This document shows, one piece after another, positions 1 through 5,370 of a DNA stretch of 5,370 bases. A model generated the notes under the pieces. The model made no database searches and had not been told where the DNA came from. It was given only the letters and a program-made list of their open reading frames with translations. The DNA comes from Ascoidea asiatica JCM 7603 (Eukaryota; Fungi; Ascomycota). Both the position numbers and the translations under genes were made by a program. The stretch spans positions 235,590 through 240,959 of the forward strand of contig BCKQ01000011.1 of assembly GCA_001600695.1 (NCBI GenBank). Reading direction: 5' to 3'. Position 1 is the stretch's first letter. The number at the start of each line of letters is the position of its first letter.

Positions 1-340
1 TTTTCCAAGTTTATCAGGACCTGTATCAGTTGTTAAAACTATGCCAAATTCAAGACATTTATTATGTGGATCTCATGATAATATTAGATTATATGATTTA
101 AATCTTTATAAAGATTCAAGTAATTTAAATAATTCATTAAGTAATTCAAATAATAATTCTAATAATAATTTAAATTCAGTTGGAGTACCATATTTAATTA
201 TACCTGGACATCATGGTGGATTACTTAGTGATATATATACAGATGAAACTTCAAGATTTATGATAAGTACAAGTGGTGATAGAGGTTGGCATGGTGTAAG
301 TACAGAAACTGTATTAATTTATGAAATTAAATATGAATAA
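1..340 (+). CDS. SPT8: 3' end (5'-partial) of SAGA complex WD40 subunit Spt8
   Basis: The frame is open from position 2: FPSLSGPVSVVKTMPNSRHLLCGSHDNIRLY...VPYLIIPGHHGGLLSDIYTDETSRFMISTSGDRGWHGVSTETVLIYEIKYE*, ending at TAA 338-340. This closely matches the S. cerevisiae Spt8 C-terminus as I recall it (FPSISG..VKAMPNNKHLLCASRDNIRLY...VPFLIVPGHHGG...SRFIISTSGNRGW.G.ST.T.LIYDI). The ATG at 41 in the ORF track is an internal Met. Confidence 0.93.
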   Translation, partial: FPSLSGPVSVVKTMPNSRHLLCGSHDNIRLYDLNLYKDSSNLNNSLSNSNNNSNNNLNSVGVPYLIIPGHHGGLLSDIYTDETSRFMISTSGDRGWHGVSTETVLIYEIKYE

Positions 341-502
341 GTTTTAGATTAAATTACTTATCAAGTAATTCATTTAATGGATAATTAAAAAGACTAAAGT
401 TTTTTCAAGCATTGATGCTTAAGTTTGATATTTTAAAGAATAGAAATACTGTATAATGATAAATCATCACTCTGATTAACTTTAGAGAAGACAATAATTC
501 AC

Positions 503-567
503 TTGAATCGAGTATGATTGAATCGAGTATGATTGAATGGAGTATTTAATCAAGTATGATTGAATCA
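503..567. repeat. Degenerate 15-nt minisatellite (TTGAATCGAGTATGA)
   Basis: Two perfect copies at 503-517 and 518-532, followed by TTGAATGGAGTAT (533-545), TTAATCAAGTATGA (546-559) and a partial TTGAATCA (560-567). Confidence 0.9.
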
Positions 568-698
568 GTGTTAGAAAGAGTATAAACAAACGATAACCAG
601 CCAGCCAGTCCTCTGAATTCATTCTCAAGTTAGTTACTTTGGCTCTTATCAGTTGTTGAAGTTCACAATGATTGATATAATAATGATAACTGAAACTG

Positions 699-732
699 CA
701 ATAGTCAATAATAGTCAATAGTCAATAATAGT
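699..732. repeat. Short tandem repeat of CAATAGT / CAATAATAGT units
   Basis: CAATAGT CAATAATAGT CAATAGT CAATAATAGT, equivalent to two copies of a 17-mer. Confidence 0.8.
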
Positions 733-844
733 TAATAATAAAATACTTTGTTTATTTCTCTGTTTCTTTGTGCCTTGAATAAAGGTAAATTTGTAAGAAT
801 GAATTTGTTGAGGCTGGCATAAACAGGAATTTATTTAGTGAAGC

Positions 845-855
845 GCCACGTGACC
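845..855 (-). promoter_or_regulatory. Cbf1/Tye7-type E-box (GTCACGTG) upstream of ULP1
   Basis: The + strand reads GCCACGTGACC, i.e. GGTCACGTGGC on the - strand. This is a perfect RTCACGTG in a local GC-richer island about 360 nt upstream of the ULP1 ATG. Function is inferred from the consensus only. Confidence 0.55.
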
Positions 856-950
856 TTCGGCGTCTAAGACTTTTGTCATCGTGAAGAGCAAAAACAACAA
901 CAAACGAAGAAAACACTCGAAATATTAAAATAAATAAATAAAGGAACAAA

Positions 951-974
951 AAGAAGAAGAAGAAGAAGAAGAAG
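951..974. repeat. (AAG)8 microsatellite
   Basis: AAGAAGAAGAAGAAGAAGAAGAAG is directly visible. Confidence 0.9.
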
Positions 975-1000
975 TTGGATCAAATAAATAAATAAAGAAG

Positions 1001-1008
1001 TATATAAG
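1001..1008 (+). promoter_or_regulatory. Candidate TATA box for ULP1 (TATATAAG)
   Basis: Matches TATAWAWR about 210 nt upstream of the ATG and downstream of the E-box. This is weak evidence given the AT content. Confidence 0.3.
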
Positions 1009-1015
1009 TATAATA

Positions 1016-1045
1016 AATATAATAGATATAATAGATATAATAGAT
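1016..1045. repeat. (ATATAATAG)3 tandem repeat
   Basis: ATATAATAG occurs three times in tandem at 1017-1043. Confidence 0.8.
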
Positions 1046-1214
1046 TCAATAAATAGATAAAGAAGTAAAGAAGTAGTGCAGAACTTAACTCTGGTTTTCT
1101 TTAGTTCTGTTTATTATTCACATCACACTCAGTCAATATTACGTACTTATGATTCAAACCAGCTTAAAACAGAAATATAATTAATAAATAATTAAGTAAA
1201 TAAATATATAAAGA

Positions 1215-1861
1215 ATGCTTTCTGCAATTAATGTATCTTATCTTCAACTTCAAGATGATAATGATTCAAATAATAATAATTCAAATAACTTATTAAATAA
1301 AAGAAAAAGAAGAAATTCATCATTATCAAATTCAAATTCAAATATAAATATAAATCATTTAAATTATAATAATTTTCATAAATTTAAAAACAAGAATAAT
1401 AAAAATAACAATAACAATAATAACAATAATAACAATAATTTATTTAAATCTTTAAATTCAAATACATTAGTTAATTCATCAAATTTAATGGATTATTCTA
1501 CAATATTTTCACCAAATTTAAATTTAAATACAATTTTATTACCAAATAAAATTTCAATTCCAATTAATAATAAATTTATTAATACTTATAATAATAATAA
1601 TAATAATAATAATAAAAGAAATAATATAAGAAATAATATAAGAAATAATTATAATAAAAGGAATTATAATGGTAATCGAATCAATAATAATATAAATAAC
1701 AAAACTAAAGTAAATAATAATAAAATAGAAAATAAAGAGAATAATTCAAGTTTATCAAATTCATTAAGTAAATTTTATTATGAAACTGTTAAAAAAGTAT
1801 CTGATTCAATAAATATTAATAATATATTTAAAAATTATATTTCAAATAAATCTTTATCTTC

Positions 1862-1892
<31 letters not shown>

Positions 1893-3746
1893 AATCAATC
1901 AAATAATAACAATAATAACAATAATAACAATAATAACAATAATAATATTGAGATTATTGATTTAGATAAAGAAATTGAAAATCAAAGACCGAAAAAAAGA
2001 ATAAAATTAAATTCATTAACTTCTTCAAATACGTTAAGTAATGAAAGTTTAATAAAGAATAAAAAACATAAAAATCAAAGTAAAAGTAAATCAAAGATTA
2101 AGAATATGAATATGAATATGAATACTTCAAAACAGAAAGAAATAAATGAAGATTTCAAACCTTTAAAATTCATTAATAACTCGAATGATGATTACAATGA
2201 TAATAATAATAATAATAAAAAAAGAGGAAGTAAGAAATTATATTTCAATTTTTTAAATGAAAATTCTAATGATATTATAGATAATTATTCAGATGAAGAA
2301 GAAATTGATGAAATTGAAATTTTTAAAGAAAATGCAAAAAAATCATTAATGTTAAATAATTTAGATATTAGTAAGATTTTTACAAAACCTATAAAATCTA
2401 CAAAATCAAAATCAAAATCAAGTTTAAGTTCAAGTTCAAATAATATAAGACAATATGGAACATATTTTAAAAAAAATAAAAGAATAAGAAATTTTAATGA
2501 TAATTCAATTTCTAGATCAAATTCTCAATTATCTCAATTATCTCAATTATCTCAATTATCTCAATTATCTAATAATAATAATAGTAGGAATATAAGTAGG
2601 AATAAATTAAATGGTAGTGAAGGAATTTTAAATTTTTTTAATAATTTAACATCAGATAATATTTTTAATGAAAATTTAAATAAAATTGAAAAATTTAATA
2701 AATTAGATAATAATAAAGATGATTTAATAAAATTAATGAATTTAAATTTATCATTTTCAAATAATAATAATTATTCAAAAGATAAATTAATAAAGAATGA
2801 AAATGAAAATGAAAATGAAAATGAAAATGAAAATGAAGAGGATAGTAAAGTAGTTGATAATAAATATTATGGATCAAAATTTATAAATAATAAAGAAGAT
2901 AGAGCTATAGAATATTTAAGTAATAAATTAGAAGCAATAAATATTTTAAAATATGAAAAATTGAATAAAGAAAAAAAAATTTTAATTAATAAAATACGTA
3001 AAGAAAGATTAAATATTGAAGAAGAAAAAGAAAAAGAAAAAGAAAATAAAAAAAATTTAATAAAAGAATTAAATAAAGAAGAATTATTTAAAATTCATTA
3101 TATTTGGAAAATTAATGAAAATAAAAAAATTATAAGTTTATATAATATTGATATAAAAGTTAATGATTTAAAAACTTTAAGAGATGGTAGATGGCTTAAT
3201 GATAATATTATTGATTGTTATAATTCAATGATTATTAATAGAAATAATAATAATAAAAATTTACCAAGAATTTTTATTTTTACAACACATTTTTATACAA
3301 CATTAATAAAAAATGGATATAATGGAGTTAAAAAATGGGGTAAAAGAAAAAAAATAGATGTAACAAATTTAGATTATATTTTTATACCAATAAATTTATT
3401 ACAATCACATTGGGTTTTAGGTATAATTAATAATAAATTTAAAAAATTTGAATATTTAGATTCTTTTAATGGTAAATCAAATAAAATTTTATATAATTTA
3501 AAAAATTATATGATTGAAGAAAGTAAAAAAAATTATCCAAATAAAATTTTTAATTATAATAATTATGAAATGATTGAAAGGAAAAATATACCACAACAAA
3601 AAAATGGAGCAGATTGTGGAGTTTTTACATGTACAAATATTGAATATTTATCAAGAGAAGAAAATTTAAATTTCAATCAAAATGATATGAAAAATATAAG
3701 AAGAAGAATGGCATATTCTTTAATTACTGGAGATTTATATTCATAA
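1215..3746 (+). CDS. ULP1: SUMO (Smt3)-specific protease Ulp1, peptidase family C48, 843 aa, with a long Asn/Lys/Ser-rich N-terminal region
   Basis: The C-terminal ~220 aa carry the C48 motifs DLKTLRDGRWLNDNII (W660), FTTHFY, IFIPINLLQSHWVL (H732, 3408-3410), YLDS (D749, 3459-3461) and PQQKNGADCGVF (Q795; C801 at 3615-3617). The His-Asp spacing of 17 and Gln-Cys spacing of 6 equal those of yeast Ulp1 (H514/D531/Q574/C580). The catalytic domain lies at the extreme C-terminus after a charged, probably coiled-coil segment, which is the Ulp1 architecture rather than Ulp2. Confidence 0.93.
2523..2567 (+). repeat. Coding 9-nt repeat (TCTCAATTA)5 encoding (Ser-Gln-Leu)5 in Ulp1
   Basis: Five perfect in-frame copies. 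Confidence 0.95.
2796..2837 (+). repeat. Coding hexamer repeat (AATGAA)7 encoding (Asn-Glu)7 in Ulp1
   Basis: Directly visible. It also explains the FHFHFH run in the antisense ORF. Confidence 0.9.
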
Positions 3747-3757
3747 ATTTTTAAAGA

Positions 3758-3794
3758 ATAATAATCATAATAATAATAATAATAATAATAATAA
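3758..3794. repeat. (AAT)n microsatellite just after the ULP1 stop
   Basis: An AAT run with one CAT interruption. Confidence 0.85.
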
Positions 3795-3811
3795 TTGTAT
3801 TTTAGATTTTT

Positions 3812-3843
3812 TTATAAATTATATAAATTAAAGTATATATAAT
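3812..3843 (+). terminator. Candidate 3'-end formation (efficiency) elements for ULP1
   Basis: TATATA at 3820-3825 and TATATATA at 3834-3841, 70-95 nt after the stop, flanked by T-rich tracts. This matches the yeast efficiency-element consensus, but the local AT content is very high. Confidence 0.3.
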
Positions 3844-3925
3844 TCTTGATTTTTTTGAAAAATTTTAATGAAATAATGAAATTTATCCTTCTTCAGTTAT
3901 TATTCTTGATATACTTGTAATAGTA

Positions 3926-3975
3926 TTATATTATATTATATTATATTATATTATATTATATTATATTATATTATA
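3926..3975. repeat. (TTATA)10 pentanucleotide microsatellite
   Basis: Ten perfect copies. Confidence 0.95.
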
Positions 3976-4088
3976 TATTCATATTAGGGACGTAATTGAT
4001 CCTAATAATCTAATAATCATGCAATAGGACAACAAGACAGTCGCTTACAGATATATGCATCAGTATTTTATTTTATTTTATTTTAAAT

Positions 4089-4390
4089 CACAAGCCACAA
4101 GCCACAGGCCACAAGTCACGTGGCACTCCCGGAGAAGGGGTCATTTTCTTGAATTGGACCCGTGGCAGTGGATAGAAAGAAAGAAATCAAGTATCCTTTC
4201 CCCGGAGATATTGCAGCACGTGAGCAAAGCCGAGTAGGCTCCAGCTGCTTCTCTAATAGTACTGTTACTACTGTATTGCCACTGTATTGTATTGTATTGT
4301 ATTGCTACTTCTTTTTATCTCACTGCTTGGTCTTTTCTTCAGCAGCGGAGATTCCTTCTGAATCTGAGCTCTGTTTCCAGCCAATCATCA
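4089..4390 (+). promoter_or_regulatory. GC-richer putative upstream activating region of the IDH1-like gene
   Basis: Contains GTCACGTG 4115-4122 and CACGTGA 4217-4223 (Cbf1-type E-boxes; GTCAC is also the Rtg1/3 R-box); SYGGRG Mig1/CreA-type sites CCGGAG 4129-4134 and 4202-4207 and GCGGAG 4345-4350; STRE AGGGG 4136-4140; and CCAATCA 4381-4387 (Hap2/3/4/5). It lies 640-940 nt upstream of the ATG. Confidence 0.55.
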
Positions 4391-4472
4391 ATGACTTCAG
4401 CGGCAATGGCCTCGACAATGAAAATATTCATTCCAATGTATTAAAAACAAGTTAAAAAAAGGTAATAAAATA

Positions 4473-4507
4473 AACATTAAATGAACATTAAATGAACATT
4501 AAATGAA
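4473..4507. repeat. 11-nt tandem repeat (AACATTAAATG)3
   Basis: AACATTAAATG occurs three times at 4473-4505. Confidence 0.85.
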
Positions 4508-4521
4508 ATAAAGGATTAAAT

Positions 4522-4580
4522 ATAATGATAATGATAATCATAATCATAATCATAATCATAATCATAATCATAATCATAAT
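4522..4580. repeat. (ATAATG)2(ATAATC)7 hexamer microsatellite
   Basis: Directly visible. Confidence 0.92.
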
Positions 4581-4770
4581 AATTCAATCATTCAATCAAT
4601 GATTAAGTAAATGTAAATATAAATAAATAAATAAATAAAGATTAAAATATAAATATAAACAGAAAGTAATGTAATCACCCACATAAATTTCATTTTTTTA
4701 AAATATTTAAATATCTTATCCGATTAAATAAAAAAAAAAAGATAAAAGTAAATTAATAAATTAAAATTAT

Positions 4771-4816
4771 AATAAACATTAATAAACATTAATAAACATT
4801 AATAAAGATTAATAAA
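4771..4816. repeat. 10-nt tandem repeat (AATAAACATT)3 plus a variant copy
   Basis: AATAAACATT x3, AATAAAGATT, then a partial AATAAA. Confidence 0.9.
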
Positions 4817-4917
4817 AAACCCTGAACAATTCTCATTCACATTCACATTCATATTCATATTAATCTAATTACTTTAAATACTTTAATTATTCTCATTTTA
4901 TAAAATTATAAATTTAT

Positions 4918-4998
4918 TATATTCTAATATTCTAATATTCTAATATTCTAATAATTTAATAATCTAATAATCTAATTATCTAATTATCTAATATTCTA
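4918..4998. repeat. 8-nt periodic repeats (TCTAATAT / TCTAATAA / TCTAATTA) in the IDH1-like leader region
   Basis: About four TATTCTAA copies (4920-4951) are followed by the variants AATCTAAT and TATCTAAT. Confidence 0.8.
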
Positions 4999-5029
4999 TA
5001 ATATTATATCAAATATATAATAATTCATT

Positions 5030-5370
5030 ATGTCATATTTTGATATTGTACCTGATTCTCAATTACCAAAAAAATATGGTGGTAGATATACTGTAACTTT
5101 AATTCAAGGTGATAGAATTGGTAAAGCAATAACTGATTCTGTAATAAAAATTTTTAAATCTGAAAATGTTCCAATAGATTGGGAAAATCCATTATTAAAT
5201 ACAAATACAAATACAAATACAAATATAACTAATGATTCTAATGAATTAAATTCACTTTCTAAAAGACAAAATATTTTAAAATTAATTGAATCTATAAAAA
5301 GAAATAAAATTGCTTTAAAAGGTGTTTGGCAAGGTAATTCTCATGCTTCAACTATAGAATCAATTCAATC
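5030..5370 (+). CDS. IDH1: 5' end (3'-partial, 113 codons) of a divergent NAD-dependent isocitrate dehydrogenase subunit 1 (Idh1)-like protein
   Basis: My translation from ATG 5030: MSYFDIVPDSQLPKKYGGRYTVTLIQGDRIGKAITDSVIKIFKSENVPIDWENPLLNTNTNTNTNITNDSNELNSLSKRQNILKLIESIKRNKIALKGVWQGNSHASTIESIQ. LPKKYGGR(Y/F)TVTLI, ITDSV..IF..EN.PIDWE and ES(I/L)KRNKI.LKG.W are characteristic of fungal Idh1. An in-frame TAA at 5021-5023 bounds the start. Whether it is the ortholog or a paralog is unresolved. Confidence 0.88.
   Translation, partial: MSYFDIVPDSQLPKKYGGRYTVTLIQGDRIGKAITDSVIKIFKSENVPIDWENPLLNTNTNTNTNITNDSNELNSLSKRQNILKLIESIKRNKIALKGVWQGNSHASTIESIQ

Noticed and set aside
405-478. Possible box C/D snoRNA (GTGATGA on - strand at 464-470; CTGA on + strand at 472-475)
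   Set aside because: There is no properly spaced same-strand C and D pair with a terminal stem or a recognisable rRNA guide. The - strand TTGATGA/CTGA pair at 4391/4339 spans only about 53 nt and has no stem.
503-567. CRISPR-like repeat array
   Set aside because: The repeats are directly adjacent with no spacers, and the context is eukaryotic with no cas genes.
482-718. 78-aa minus-strand ORF
   Set aside because: Its YSIQS repeats are just the 15-nt minisatellite; no recognisable domain.
760-855. GTCACGTG as CDEI of a point centromere (also at 4115)
   Set aside because: Neither site is followed by an extremely AT-rich CDEII and a CCG-containing CDEIII at the expected spacing.
852-864. C(UUCG)G tetraloop-like GACCTTCGGCGTC
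   Set aside because: Only a short bulged stem; it overlaps the E-box and has no larger RNA structure around it.
752-949. 65-aa minus-strand ORF with a hydrophobic N-terminus
   Set aside because: It has a non-ATG start, the hydrophobicity comes from reading A-rich promoter DNA antisense, and it overlaps the E-box.
2695-2877. 60-aa antisense ORF inside ULP1
   Set aside because: Shadow of the (AATGAA)n repeat.
1215-3746. No in-frame CTG codons seen in the three genes, as a hint of a reassigned CUG code
   Set aside because: Almost all G/C-ending codons are avoided in this AT-rich DNA, so the absence is uninformative.
3982-4007. Short inverted repeats (TATTAGG/CCTAATA; also AAGCAT/ATGCTT at 407-420 and CAGAACT/AGTTCTG at 1079-1109)
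   Set aside because: Stems of 6-7 bp are expected by chance; no target-site duplications or transposase are present.
4055-4455. Overlapping + strand ORFs of 60 and 97 aa
   Set aside because: They lie in the GC-richer motif island where stop codons are rarer. The second starts at GTG and includes a (GTATT)n repeat. Codon usage differs from the real genes and I recognise no homology.
1-5370. SPT8-ULP1-IDH1 as a functional gene cluster
   Set aside because: The functions are unrelated, each complete intergenic region has its own promoter-like island, and the S. cerevisiae orthologs lie on different chromosomes. Nothing beyond adjacency supports a cluster.

Overview
Very AT-rich eukaryotic DNA, apparently from a budding yeast (Saccharomycotina-like) with Asn-rich, low-complexity proteins; the species cannot be determined from this window. 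There are three genes in tandem on the + strand, with no introns evident: the 3' end of SPT8 (SAGA WD40 subunit, <1..340), a complete ULP1-type SUMO protease (1215..3746), and the 5' end of an IDH1-like NAD-isocitrate dehydrogenase regulatory subunit (5030..>5370, absent from the ORF track because it runs off the window). The intergenic regions are mostly micro- and minisatellites. Each contains one GC-richer island that looks like an upstream activating region, and the two islands share a near-identical GTCACGTGGC(A/G)CT motif. The best lead is the IDH1-like gene: it lacks a mitochondrial presequence, has the conserved PGDG(I/V)G motif changed to QGDRIG, and is divergent in the allosteric-site loop, which suggests a relocalised or neofunctionalised paralog. 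I saw no CRISPR array, mobile element or recognisable RNA gene. All comparisons with S. cerevisiae proteins are from memory, not from a database search.
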